NCBI RefSeq assembly: GCF_006345805.1
Contig: NC_043018.1
Location: 558,001 to 622,000 of the forward strand
DNA: 64,000 bases
DNA from: Octopus sinensis
Taxonomy: Eukaryota
Reading direction: 5' to 3'
In this document: piece after piece, positions 27,664 through 41,064 of the stretch
Layout: each line of letters begins with the position of its first letter
How positions within the stretch are numbered: position 1 is the first letter of the stretch
Notes under the pieces: model-generated
What the model was told of the DNA's origin: nothing
The model's database searches: none
The model's input: the letters and a program-made list of their open reading frames with translations, nothing else
Program-made: the position numbers and the translations under genes

Positions 27664-28416
27664 ATATATTAATCCTTTATATTATTTACGAGATGCAAAA
27701 CTGATATTTTGTACATTACATTCATTTGTAATAAAGCCTCCAATATCTTGAATGCGCTCAATAAAGCAACGGTTATATGCTTTGTTTTGATTTACAACAC
27801 GTGTATAGAATCGGGTTTCTATTCTCTTCTCTGTTGAAAAGAAATAAAACGTAGTTAACATAATAACTGGTTTTCTGAAAGCCGAACTCATTTGATGTTC
27901 TGTATGGTCTGCTCTCACTGTAGTCTGTTACAGTAATTAATTAATTTCAATTAATAAAAATTTTAATTAATTTCAATTAATTTGAAATCGAGGTCTTTCT
28001 CCATCCTTTATTTGAACATAATTAGTTATAAAATATGCTTTTTTTTTTATTAATGAATTAAAATTAATTAAAATTTCTATCTCCGATAGATTAAACATTT
28101 TAGCGCTCAAACTCCTCTTTTATTTTCATGCGTCAGGCAACATTGAATATTTCCTTCAGTCATTATTCTAACATGGTTAACATTTGTGTATAATGCTCAT
28201 GGATCTAATCCCTAAGTGTTTATCTATTTCTCATACAATCTGCCAGCAGGATTTTAACTATCACGCCCTAATGACCAAACCAGTACTCAGATAAATGGCT
28301 CGAAGACCACAAACCGCCTCGTATTATTTTAGGAAATATTTAATCATACTGTATTCTAGTTCTAGATTGACTTTGACTCGTATAAAGGCGGAATGTTCTT
28401 ATGTAGAAGTCTGAAT

Positions 28417-28802
28417 GTGGAAGCACTCCGTCGGTTACGACGACGAGGGTTCCGGTTGATCCGATCAACGGAACAGCCTGCTCGTGAAATTAACGTGTAA
28501 GTGGCTGAGCACTCCTCAGACACGTATACCCATAACGTAGTTCTCGGGGATATTCAGCGTGACACAGAGAGTGACAAGGCCGGCCCTTTGAAATACAGGT
28601 ACAACAGAAACAGGAAGTAAGAGTGAGAGAAAGTTGTGGTGAAAAAGTACACCAGGGATCACCACCATCCCCTGCCAGAGCCTCGTGGATCTTTAGGTGT
28701 TTTCGCTCAATAAACACTCACAACGCCCGGTCTGGGAATCGAAACCGCGATTCTACGAACGCGAGTCCGCTGCCCTAACCACTGGGCCATTGCGCCTCCA
28801 CA
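28417..28802 (-). mobile_element. SINE C, 12-bp TSD
   Basis: Reverse complement of the 2600-2984 family. TSD AGAAGTCTGAAT at 28405-28416 and 28803-28814. Confidence 0.9.
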
Positions 28803-28938
28803 AGAAGTCTGAATATTTACGAGAGAAAGAGAGGACGTACTTTTTGCACTCGACATGTGGTTAATAGTACACAATACATTATCAGTCACTCCGTATCATT
28901 ATAGAAAACACGTATAAATAGGATACCCAGTGATTTTT

Positions 28939-29171
28939 TATTTCTTTATTGCCCACAAGGGGCTAAACATAGAGAGGACAAACAAGGACAGACAAACGGA
29001 TTAAGTCGATTATATCGGCCCTAGTGCGTAACTGGTACTTATTTAATCGAACCCGAAAGGATGAAAGGCAAAGTCGACCTCGGCGGAATTTGAACTCAGA
29101 ACGTAGCGGCAGACGAAAAACTGCTAAGCATTTCGCCCGGCGTACTATCGCTTCTACCAGCTCGCTGCCTT
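28939..29171 (-). mobile_element. SINE A, full length
   Basis: Reverse complement of family A. Confidence 0.9.
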
Positions 29172-30089
29172 CACATACCATATACATACTATAGATGCAC
29201 ATACTATGTCATAGATGTATATTCCTTCAGCTACATTTGTGTCTCAGGACATTGTGGTACTCGTTGCTATGTTGAAGTTCTCTTAAATAGGGCACTATGT
29301 TCGGCTCTTGTCCAATGACTGTGTGAATGACTCTTGTGAAACTTTCCATAAAAGAAACGGTTTGAAATGAAGTCATGAATGTCGAAATAGACGAACAGGC
29401 TTTACTACAGTCACCGTAAATCGGGTGACGATTTAAATATACTCCGCAAACTTGGGGACAAGTCTTATAAAGTTACTTTCATATAATTTCCTTCAAATAT
29501 ATTGGGCTGACAAGATTTTGAACGATTCGAGGCTATGCTCCAGTTGTTTTAAAGAAGACATGAACCCAGGATAATCTAAATGTAAGAGGACATCTTTAAA
29601 ACTAGAATCATAATGGCTATCCAACACAGCAAGACACTTTTTAAAGCATTAATTTGAGATATTATATTCAAGGAAGTTTAAATTAATTACATTAACAATT
29701 TGACATATCTATTGATGTTGTCCCCTTGCTACACCATTTCATATACTCATACCACCATCAATCTTCTAGCTAACAAATAATCTATCTACATATTAATTAT
29801 ATTTAATTAATCATTCGAATCGCTAAACATATTCGGTATTTTCCTTTACTGTCTATCCGTCAATCTATTTTACATACATACGAATATAAGAGCATACGCA
29901 CCTGCTCGCACATAACCACACCCACCCACATGACTAGCGTATTAATACTTGACTGTGTGAGTATTAAGTATTCTAATTCATTTTACCATCAATGATCAAA
30001 TATTCGACACATAAATGTTTAATAAAAGTTCTCGATAATATAGACGTGTTTTTAATTATTGCACATACACCATTATATAAGTTTACATA

Positions 30090-30164
<75 letters not shown>

Positions 30165-30180
30165 GCTATCTATCTATCTA

Positions 30181-30211
<31 letters not shown>

Positions 30212-30671
30212 TAAATTAGAGACGAAACCACTATTATGCAAATCAAACAAAGAAAGACTTAAGCCAATACATAAAATAATTTATATAAATTAAAATTTAA
30301 CAATTATAAATAACCACTACGATCGTTTCGTGTCAGCACATCTTCGAGACATACATAAATACATATGCGTACATAAATACATATACGTACACATATATAT
30401 ACAAATATGCATATGCACACATATACAGACAAACTCACAGATATACGATATACAAATATTTTGAAAAATTCAGAAGTGTACGTGTTATATGTTGCCGTTG
30501 AATATTGTATAAATAGAGCAGAAAACTTAACTTCAAATCCTTCATCCAGGGATGGAAGTCGGGATGTGGTGATCATAGGGACTATCTTCGTTGAGCGGGT
30601 GTAGAAGTAAGAACACTGGGGAAACAAAAGTTCATGAAAAGAACTGTAAGGGAATAAATGAAAGATGTGGT

Positions 30672-31058
30672 GGAGGAAGCACTCCGTCGGTTGCGACGAT
30701 GAGGGTTCCGGTTGATCCGAATCAACGGAACAGCCTGCTCGTGAAATTAACGTGTAAGTGGCTGAGCACTCCACAGGCACGTTCACCCTTAGCGTAGTTC
30801 TCGGGGATATTCAGCGTGACACAGAGAGTGACAAGGCCGGCCCCTTGAAATACAGGTACAACAGAAACAGGAAGTAAGAGTGAGAGAAAGTTGTGGTGAA
30901 AGAGTACAGCAGGGATCACCACCATCCCCTGCCGGAGCCTCGTGGAGCTTTTAGGTGTTTTCGCTCAATAAACACTCACAACGCCCGGTCTGGGAATCGA
31001 AACCGCGATCCTATGACCGCGAGTCCGCTGCCCTAACCACTAGGCCATTGCGCCTCCA
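30672..31058 (-). mobile_element. SINE C, full length
   Basis: Reverse complement of family C. Confidence 0.9.
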
Positions 31059-31383
31059 CAGTGACTGATAAAGAACTGTCGTAGGCAGTTGGTAAGGAAA
31101 TGCAGCGGAGCGTGTGGTGTGAAGTAAATTAAGGTGTGTTACGGAAGTAAGAAAAGATAATAATGAAGAAGTGATCAAAGGACCAACAGGGTTTCAATCG
31201 TAGCAAGTCCAGAAATCAATAAAATCGAAATTTTAGCGTCTAATTTTTCAATGCAGGAACACCGTCGTAAAGGAAGTTGTATTACAGTTGGGTTTAAACT
31301 AAAAATAAAGATTTAATGAATACAGTTAGAACATAAACATTGATGGCGACGAGAAAATGTCTTGTAATATTTATAATAGCACT

Positions 31384-31800
31384 AAGGCGGTGATCTGGGA
31401 TAATGGTTAGCACGCCGGATAAAATGTTTAGCGGCATTTCGTAAGTAAGGCGGCGAGCTGGCAGAATCGTTAGCACGCCGGGCGAAATGCTTTGCAGTGT
31501 TTCGTCCGCCGCTGCGTTCTGAGTTCAAATTCCGCCGAGGTCGACTTTGCCTTTCATCCTTTTGGGGTCGATAAATTAAGTACCAGTTACGCACTGGGGT
31601 CGATGTAATCGACTTAATACCTATGTCTGTCCTTGTTCGTCCCCTCTATGTTTAGCCCCTTGTGGGTAATAAAGAAATAGGCATTTCGTTCGTTTGTCTT
31701 TATATTCTGTTTCAAATGCCACCAGGGTCGACTTTGCCTCGCCTTCTTTCGGGCTCGATAGAATAAGTACCAGTTTAGAACTTTTATCGAAGCAATCGAT
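31384..31800 (+). mobile_element. Young SINE A (31443-31679) nested in an old SINE A
   Basis: TSD GGCATTTCGT at 31433-31442 and 31680-31689. Degenerate host head lies before it and host body after it. Confidence 0.85.
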
Positions 31801-32169
31801 TTCGCCGCCATGTTGGAGTGGGGGTGAAATTTGAAGCATAGAAGCAAAGCAGAACAGTGGAAGTATAAAAGGGTTGCAGTGGTAAATTTGGTAATGGAAA
31901 ATCCATGTTAAGATCATCAAAAATAACAGAGAGAGAGATAAAATCAAGAATGAAATGTAATCTTTTTAGCCCCTTTCCCGAAACTGCTTGCTTTGTGCCC
32001 AAAATTAAAACCACTATTTATGCGGGTACATGATAGCAACATGACAGAAGCGAATAAGAATGAAAGTATCTTTCGGATTTTTATCTCATGCTTTCCGAAA
32101 TCCGCCGAAACTACACCTGATTATATATACACTTTAGATGAGTTGTAGTGCACCTGAGCACTGTACACA

Positions 32170-32217
<48 letters not shown>

Positions 32218-33179
32218 ACTTACACTAACAGAATTTGCGAATTCCTCAGATTGCCGTTTACGGAACTCTACTACGAAGTATGGACCAGATTTTTAAGGGA
32301 AAAGCTTGAGTTTTGATATGTTAGATGTCTTTGGCCAACGTGGTAGATGTTTTCTAACAATACATAAGTTCTGAGATGTGCAAGATAATGGCGATTAAAA
32401 CCGATCGTTCCATCCAATTTAAATTCTTTTGCGGTGAATCAGTATGATGCTAATTGTACATTTGTAAACAACATTATCGCGTATACAATTGCTACTTAAA
32501 GGCAATTAGTAAGTAATTTCAAATTGCACGTTTTATCGACGAATATCCGTGGTGCTGTATTAACCGCATCGACGGTAATAACATTAGCCTGGTTGTCAGC
32601 CCTATGATTGGAGTCAAGAATACTACCATCATCATTATTAGGGTGGCTACAGGTAGAATAGTTAGGATAATGCATACTATAATTATTGTTATTACTGATA
32701 CAAATACCTAAATTAATATAGCTGCCATGTTTGCCATACCATTCCTGGTATTATTAGCATTGATGCTACCGTAGTGAAAGGTAGTTATAGTTTAATTATA
32801 TGTGTTTTTAAGTTGAATAGCATTCTTTACATACCTCGTTACATTCGGGTCTTCAGTTAAGGCTCCATTATGGTTGTTATCTCCGCAAAAAGTATGGTTG
32901 ACTATATTGATACTATGGGCGGATACAACCATTCCAAAATATAATACTAACATGCAGCCTAGCTTGGTGTTAGTATTATAAGTAACATCACATCTTTCCC
33001 AAGCATAACAACGCTGATGAAGCCAAAAGAGAAGAACTGAATGTAACGATCAATGTATAGACTAATATGAATTTTAACAACATCTACCGGAGCGATATTT
33101 AGAGATCATATTATTCCTATTAGAATGCTGAGGAGTGTCACGTTAGGAAATATTAGAGTTCTTCAGTAGTATTTTACCT

Positions 33180-33541
33180 TTGGTCGATTCAAATTTCGAA
33201 TCTGGGTTCACATTCCTAAGGTATTTTTCGATGTTATTAATATCATCATCATCTTTTTTTTTTTCTTCTTCTTCTTCTTCTTCTTCTTCTTCTTCTTCTT
33301 CTTCTTCTTCTTCTTCTTCTTCTTCTTCTTCTTCTTCTTCTTCTTCTTCTTCTTCTTCTTCTTCTTCTTCTTCTTCTTCTTCTTCTTCTTCTTCTTCTGT
33401 AGTCTGGGGTGCCGGTGTCTCTCCTTTCCCTGCCTACAGTCTTCGGCGCTTGACATTTTCACACAGAAACCATTTCTCATCACCAGTCACTATTCGGTCC
33501 CCAAAAAAGGTTCATCCGTGAAACGTGACATCATAGAAGTT
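33180..33541 (-). repeat. mariner fragment + (GAA)n + (TAA)-element composite; inverted copy of 38093-38318
   Basis: Shares the junction ...GGCACCCCAGACTACAGAAGA then microsatellite then AAAAATACCTTAGGAATGTGAACCCAGATTCGAAATTT. Confidence 0.85.
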
Positions 33542-33997
33542 AGGTATGGTGAAATTGGAAGCTTTCATAGTGGATTTATAAAATATAAGGAATAGTTGCA
33601 TTTAGAATTTAGTTTTGAGCATGTAAACAGAGATTTTAAGGGATTTTTTAAGCCTAAGGATAACAGAGGTGTGTTTTTCTATTCTTCATAGGGTGGTGAG
33701 AGTGGTTAGAATATGATTACCGAGATGTGTGCCTCCTCGAGTTGCAGAGATGAATTTAACTGACGTATTGGGCTCTATTTTACTCGTTGAGTTAGAGGTT
33801 GAGAGACGTCTAGAATATTCTTAACCATTGCGAGGAGGTAGCAATTCTAAACTTCCTTTCAGCCTAGAGTTTGGGGTATAAGAAATATTCTCGGAAAAGC
33901 TATTAGAGAGTGGTGCTTAGTTATAGTAGTGGCGAGATTATAAAACATAAAATACCGTTATTAACAGAAAGATCGGAGATGCTTAATGAAAATGTTC

Positions 33998-36900
33998 TTA
34001 GTTAGTTAGTTAGTTAATTTGGCTCAAAAGCAAATAGCAAGGCCATGTAGGGGGACATGGAGTTAAGTACAGGGTGGTGTTCATGTAAAGAGTTCAGGCC
34101 ACTTGAGGTTCAGGGAGGCTTTGAGCAAAGTGGTCGTCGGCATCTTCACCATCTCGTCTGGCAGCTTGTTCCACGGATCCGCAACCCGGACGGAGAAAGC
34201 TCCTCTCCTTCGATTAAGATGAAATCGTCGCAGGTAGAGCTTTTCGGAATGACCCCGCAGCCGACGCTCTGGAGCAGGAGTGAAGAACAGCTCTTTCGAG
34301 AGGTTACACTTTCCGCTTATGATGTTGTGGGCGAGAATGAGATCACCACGGCGGCGGCGTTTTTCAAGAGAATAAAGGTCGAGCGTCCTCAGCCTTTCTT
34401 CGTAGGACAAATTTTTGAGACCATGAAACATGCGGGTAGCCAGCTTCTGGACTCTTTCGAGATGCTGTATGTCTTTGAGGAGATAAGGAGAAGAGGCTTG
34501 AATCCCATACTCCAATATAGGTCTCACCAGCGTGACATAGAGTGGTAGGAATATGGCTGCCGTGAGCATTCCGAATGACCGTCGAATCAAGAACAGAATT
34601 CCGCGTGCTTTGTTGGCAGCACGGACGCACTGGGCCGAAGGCGAAAAGGAGGAATCCACCAAGATACCCAGGTCCTTTACCTGATCGGTCCTCTCCAGCA
34701 GCAGACGACCCGGCTCGAAATCAAGTTGAGTTGTAGGAGTAGAGCCGACAGGCAGATGACAGCACTTTGACACGTTCAGACACAGGTCCCAATCGTTAGA
34801 CTACTTCCAAATTTGGTGGAGGCATCGACGAAGATCCTCTATATTACCGCGAGGAGCGACCAGTTTGATATCGTCGGCAAATGGAAGGGTGTGTTGCGTG
34901 AGGTCGTCGGGCAAGTCATTTATGAAGACTAAGAACAACAAGGGCCCAAGCACTGAACCTTGAGGCATGCCACTGCTCGCACTGGAGACGTCGGACCGCG
35001 AACCATTAACTTGGACTTGGAAGGAGTGATCTGAGAGGAAGGCACCAACCCATCGTACAATATCCGGATGGAAACTATATGCTTGAAGCTTGACAAGTAA
35101 TAGGCGGTGGTTTACCGAGTCAAAAGCTTTGGCAAAGTCCAATAAAACGATGCCAACAGCATCACTATCATCGAGGATGCGCGTCACCAATTCTTCCATT
35201 ACTAGTAAGTTGGTCAAGCATGATCTCTTCGGCACGAAGCTGTGTTGGGAATCAGAGATAGAGGCTGTGTTTAGGAGGTGGAGCATCATACTTTTCTTAA
35301 GGATGGTTTCGAACATCTTGCTGATTATTGATGTAAGGGAAACCGGTCGGTAGTTAAGCGGGTCTTCGCGGCTCCCTTTCTTCAAAATTGGGCAGATTAT
35401 CGCTGTTCTCCAGTCTGCAGGTATAACACCCGTCGCCAATGACATATTGAATAGTCGTGTTAAGGGCTCGCAGATGACCGGAGCCAACGCTTTGATAACC
35501 CGTGGGTGTATGCCGTCAGGGCCGTGACCCTTGTTGACATCGAGGCCTTGAATAACACGTTTGACTTCGTCCCGCGTGATGACCAATCGAAGCATTGGAG
35601 GTACCGATCTATCAAATGGAGGGGGTTCATGACCATCATCTTGTTTGAAAATAGTTGAAAAAGCCTCGGCAAATAATTGACTCTGTTGATAAGGGTCCTC
35701 AATCGATACGCCTGTTGAGTCTACCAACGTTGCAATCTGGTTGTTCAAGCGGGAATTCCGCTGGACATGGGCAAAGAAGGTTTTTGGATTGCTACTGGCA
35801 TTTGCCGCGATTTTGTATTCATAACTGAAGCGTTCTTTCTTTTCAATTTTCACTGCTCTGTCTCGTTGAGTTTTGTACACCTCAAAAGCTGCAGTCGAAT
35901 CCAGATTTTTGAATTCAGCCCAAGCAATATCTCTGAGTTGACGTTCTCGTTTAACCTTCTTCGTCACCCAGGGCTTGTGTTTCTTCCTCTTGGGAAGCCC
36001 AACGGGAACTGTCTGGTCAGTCAAACATATTACATATGCTTTGAGGGATGACCATAGTTCGTCAACTGAGGACAACGTCATCAGGGATCGCCAGTCCAGA
36101 AGCGCGGAAGCCTCGGTTAGAATTTCAAGATTAATTGCAGAGAAGACTCTACGTGGCAGCGAAGTAGTCGTGGGCGTAGAAAAAGTTGTGTGCATGACGA
36201 ACTTCAGGACCGCATGATCACTCTTGGCAAGAGGGGCGCACACAGATACGTCTGACACTGATCTTGGATAGCGGGAGAATACCAGATCCAGCATAGATGG
36301 CTGCTGCCCAGACCGATGCCTTGTCGGATATTCAACATGTTGCGATAGAAAACAATCTTCAGCCACGTCAAGAAGGGCCTGGCCAAACCGGGAAGATGTT
36401 GTACAAATTGATGCGGGCCAATCGATCGTGGGAGCGTTGAAGTCTCCTAGTACCAAACAGTCATGCGAAGCTGAAACGAATCTTATCGCTTCGAGTAAAT
36501 GAGCATCGTCCTGGGGGTCGGCAAGAGGCGGCCTGTAGACAGCCAACACGGGCACGCAAAACTCAGATAGGCTCAGCTTGCAATAGACGGCATCGAATTT
36601 TGTTGTAGGTTGAGCATTAGTGGGTAGAATACCGCTGGACGGTTTGTGCTCAGACTTAACATACACAGCAACACCTCCACCTCGCCTTTTTCCTCTGTCA
36701 CATCTGAAAAGGACGTAGCCCTGCAGGTGGATTTCTGAGTCCTTTACTGCTGGAGTCAGCCAAGTCTCAGTGATAGCTATCACATCAGGGGAGTCACGTA
36801 TGGCCAGTGTAAATAGTTCACTGAACTTTGGGAATAAGGAGCACAAGTTGGTGTAGACGATGCTGAGCTGTGAAGTCTGAGGGGCGAGAGTTGGGGAACA

Positions 36901-37030
36901 AGCAGAATAAGGGGTATCAGAGATAGCATCGTTGACGGGGGTATCAACTTCACTTCGATTTGCCCTCACATCACTTTCCCTGTCAGCACTACAGCATGGG
37001 ACCAGAGGTAGGACTTGATTATCAAGATAT
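33998..37030 (-). mobile_element. 5'-truncated CR1-group LINE (APE+RT), no ORF1
   Basis: ORF2 as listed below, short 3' UTR and (CTAA)n tail at 33998-34015. The frame is open to about 37029 without an ATG. No TSD found. Confidence 0.92.
34081..36969 (-). pseudogene. LINE ORF2 (endonuclease-reverse transcriptase, ~960 codons) with one in-frame TAG at 34801-34803
   Basis: APE motifs ITETWL, GGGVAVY, YRPP, GDFN, LDLVF, SDH; RT motifs NYRPVSLTS, DFAKAFDSV, PQGSVLGP, FADD. The two track ORFs are in the same frame, joined by IWK*SNDWDLCLNVSKC. C-terminus LVRPILEY, LSYEERL, LEKRRRRGDLI. Confidence 0.93.
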
Positions 37031-37221
37031 TAACAAAGAAATTTTGAAAGTATCGTGTCAACCCATAAATAATGCGTTTTTCTCTTCTTTTGCATGAAAT
37101 AAAGTCGGAGGGGGTGGGATAAACTACCTGCATCAACTTGCTATAGAAGCAGGTAGTAATTTTAACTTGTACTTATACTTAGTGAAAATTTTAAAACGTA
37201 CACTCCGATTTTAACAGTTAT

Positions 37222-38235
37222 CTTTTCAAAACTATAATGGAAGTGACAAAGGAGCATATTCGGCATATTTTGCTTTATGAGTTCACTAGAGGCAATGGAA
37301 AGTGCGAGGAATATTAATGCAGTGTGGAAGCACTCCGTCGGTTACGACGACAAGGGTTCCGGTTGATCCGATCAACGGAACAGCCTGCTCGTGAAATTAA
37401 CGTGTAAATGGCTGAGCACTCCACAGACACGTGTACCCTTAACGTAGTTCTCGGGGATATTCAGCGTGACACAGAGAGTCACAAGGCCGGCCCTTTGAAA
37501 TACACGTACAACAGAAACAGGAAGTAAGAGTGAGAGAAAGTTGTGTTGAAAGAGTACAGCAGGCATCACCACCATCCCCTGCCGGAGCCTCGTGGAGCTT
37601 TAGGTATTTTCGCTCAATAAACACTCACAACGCCCGGTCTAGGAATCGAAACCGCGAGTCCGCTGCCCTAACCACTGGGCCATTGCGCCTCCACTTTCAA
37701 AGCTATAATGGAGGTAACAAAGGAGCATATTCGGCATATTTTGCTTTATGAGTTCACTAGAGGCAATGGAAAGTGCAAGGAATATTAATACAGTACAGGG
37801 GAATCGGATAATAAGCGTAAGTCAGTGTTCTTCCAGAAATTCGATGCCCGATACTACAGACTGGAAGACGAGCCTCATCCTGGAAGATCTGTAGAGTTCG
37901 ACGAGGGAGTCCTGCAAACACACATGGAACAAAAACCCCTCCTAGCTGTTGAGGAACTAGCAGAGTATCTGGGATTTGGTCATTCAACCATTCATCGACA
38001 CCTGCATGCTATTGGAAGAGTCAGCAAATTGAGTCAATGTGTTCCACGCAAACTTTCCCAATCTTATCACGTGCAGAGAGTGAATGTGTGCTCTTCTATG
38101 ATGTCACGTCTCACGAACCTTTTTTTGACCGAATAATGACTGGTGATGAGAAATGGTTTCTGTGTAAAAATATCAAGCGCCGAAGACAGTAGGCAGGGAA
38201 AGGAGAGACACCGGCACCCCAGACTACAGAAGATG
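37222..38235 (+). pseudogene. mariner (DD34D-type) transposase remnant interrupted by SINE C
   Basis: MEVTKEHIRHILLYEF N-terminus, LEDEPHPGRS, CVPRKLS (cf. WVPHEL) and frameshifted IMTGDEKW. Truncated at a microsatellite. Confidence 0.85.
37324..37693 (-). mobile_element. SINE C flanked by ~100-bp direct duplication
   Basis: Flanks 37222-37323 and 37694-37795 match with about 5 mismatches. Confidence 0.88.
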
Positions 38236-38269
38236 ATGATGATAATGATAATAATAATAATATTATTAA

Positions 38270-38340
38270 TAACATCTAAAAATACATTAGGAATATGAAC
38301 CCAGATTCGAAATTTCCCCAAGACAGCTGATGAAGGCTGG
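38270..38340 (+). mobile_element. (TAA)-associated element, truncated inside its hammerhead (CTGATGAAGGCTGG)
   Basis: Homologous to 17165-17290; the GAAA half is missing. Confidence 0.6.
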
Positions 38341-38347
38341 TGTGGTA

Positions 38348-38409
<62 letters not shown>

Positions 38410-38488
38410 TATTGTTATTATTATTAATTATTATTATTATTGTTGTTGTTGTTGTTGTTGTTGTTGTTATTATTATTATTATTATTAT

Positions 38489-38540
<52 letters not shown>

Positions 38541-39344
38541 TGTAGTAGTAGTATTGGTATTATTATCATAATCATGTTTGTTTTTGTTGTTGTTGTTATT
38601 GTTATTATTATTTGTAATATTATTAGTATTAAGATAAAAAAAAAATATCTAATCCAGGTTACAGACGTCTTGCTGGCCGGCTTGATTCAATTTATTCCCA
38701 AAAGATTGCTACTGACAATTATATTTTGCAACTTAATGATTTAGAAAAGAGAAGATTGCGAGATCTAAAGTAAAGTTCTTGGACTTGGCATTCCACTTTC
38801 GGTACAAATTAATCAATATATTCTCTGTTGTTTGGCTGAAACATATGTAACAGATTAAGCTGGTCTAAGCCTCTTGCCACAAGACTGCTCTTACGTGAGA
38901 TTATCTCGGCTGCATAACTACGTCAGTGATGGTATGTAACCACTGATGTTATGGTGGTTGAGGTTGCTCGGCCCCAGGTCAGCATTGATAATTTAAACAG
39001 ATATACTTATGATCATATATATTTGTACCAATGGGGTTAATATACTTGAGCTCAATATAGCAATATTGTTATTGAAGATATAACTGTGTTTTTGGATATG
39101 GCTTTTCTCCGGAAAAAATATTACAGACGTTCTCGTCTGTAAATTTATTTGCGATTCTAAATAACTATGGTAAGTTGACTTTTATATTTACTCGTTTCCT
39201 CGAATTCACCTGTGTGTATTAGTGATAACTGTGGTTTTCAGCAGTTTTGATTCTTATTTCTTGCAATGCTGTGTACTATCTTGAAACCTGGTTTTAAATT
39301 AATATTTTTACCTTTATTGCGATTTTATGCCTGCTAGCCACTTA

Positions 39345-39765
39345 TTGCTATTATTTTATGTTTGACTTTTGCTTTGCATTTGTACAAGATGGCTCCAAGT
39401 CTCACCCAGAAACTTCAAGAAACAACACGTTAGAAGTTCATGTTGGTGTTATGCTTAGAGTGCCAGTTTTGGTTTTGTACACAGTATTCTTCTACAGAAT
39501 GCTTAAGAAACCTTAAGAAAATTATGTGTTTGTTCTAAAATTTGAGATTACATAGTCTGTATTTTACGTAGGATTATGGGCAGTTCCCATGAGCATTATC
39601 CTTTGAATGTCTGCCATTTTGGAGTTTCCTGGTATCTGAGCTAGGTAGCAATCAGCTCCTTTTGTTATCATTCATAGGGCACCTAGACTTCAGGTTTCGC
39701 ATTTTGCTAATTTCTATTTCAAGAACTATATACTTGCTGAGTATTTGGTAGGTCTTGACAGATAC
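39345..39765 (-). pseudogene. 3' end of R4/Dong-like LINE
   Basis: Minus strand LEIEISKM...GAL*MITKGADCYLAQIPGNSKMADIQRIMLMGTAH. Confidence 0.75.
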
Positions 39766-39769
39766 GTTT

Positions 39770-40800
39770 CTATAGATTCATATTGGCGCTCAATGAGTGT
39801 TATTTTGAGGTCTTGTAGGTGAAGTTCCTCAGTGGTTGTGCCAGATAGAATTGTACAGATCCTTTTAGCTAGATTGAATGGGATATTTATTTTAGTGTGT
39901 TTATGATGGCATGAACTGAAGAGGATATAGTGTTTTCAGTCTGTTGGTTTGTAATAGATGTCAGTTTTACAGTTTGGTTGTTGGATATTTTATAACCAAA
40001 ATGTCCAGAAATGGAGCCTGACCCTTGCTATATTCTATTGTAAATTGAATATTGGAGATTATATTACTCAGTGTGGATTTGAAATCCAGGAGTTTATCAT
40101 AGGTTTCATTCCAGATGATAAAACAATCGTCTATGTACCTTTTCCAGTTTTCTCTTATATACTGGAGAAATAGGGGTCTAAATGTCTAGAGCTAAAGTTC
40201 ATATATGGTAGATTCAAAGAAACGGATTATTAGGTTCGCAAGGAAAGGCGCTGCTTTCGCTCCCATCGCGATATTGCATTTTTTTTGGCGGTAGTATATC
40301 GCATTGAATAGGAAGTAATTATTTTGTAGGATGAACTTCAGGGATTCAATGACATAGGTCTGGTTTATGCGGTCCAGGAGATCTTCGGAATATTTTTCTA
40401 ACCAGCATTTTATTGCCTCTCTTCCGTAGTCATGTGGAATGTTAGTGTAGAGGTTGATGACATCGGAGCAGACTAATAGTGCTTCTTCGTTGGTGGTTTT
40501 TGGTAGATGTTCTGGCATGGCCAGATCGTCTCTAAAGCAATTTTTGATGTATCTGAGGAAAGGTTTCAATAGTATGCCCAGAAAGTTGCTTAGGCGGTGG
40601 GTATCACTGGCTGGGCCCGCTATAATAGGCATTAATCTTAAGTCTTCTGGTGTTGAGATATTTATGTATAGACTTAGATTTGATTTGCAAGCATTAGTAA
40701 TTATCTGAAACATTCGCAGACTAAAACTGGTACTAACATTCTTCATGATAAAATTATTTTTGCACTTTCTACCTTGTTTTACTTTCCTTATACATATCAA
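39770..40800 (-). pseudogene. Penelope-like element reverse transcriptase fragment
   Basis: PIIAGPASDTHRLSNFL, DVINLYTNIPH, NNYFLFN, AMGAKAAPFLANL, then shifted RYIDDCFIIW (YIDD at 40126-40137), PFLDILV, TDIYYKPTD and SSCH. Confidence 0.9.
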
Positions 40801-40850
40801 CTCGTGTGTTCCTTTTCAACCTACTATATACATACATACTTAAATACACA

Positions 40851-40936
<86 letters not shown>

Positions 40937-41064
40937 GGTGAATGAATTATCCTAGTATTGATAATTCGGTTAATCGATACCTGGGTAGCAAATTCACTGT
41001 GAACACCATGTAGGAAGCCTTAAAAAAGTTTTTGTCCGTCTTGAGGCTGATAGAGGTTCCTTGT

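Noticed and set aside
33014-33060. CTGATGAAGCC core-like motif
   Set aside because: No downstream GAAA with a pairing stem II.
34057-34548. 163-aa plus-strand ORF (and others antisense to the LINE)
   Set aside because: Antisense shadows of the LINE ORF2 reading frame with no independent motifs.
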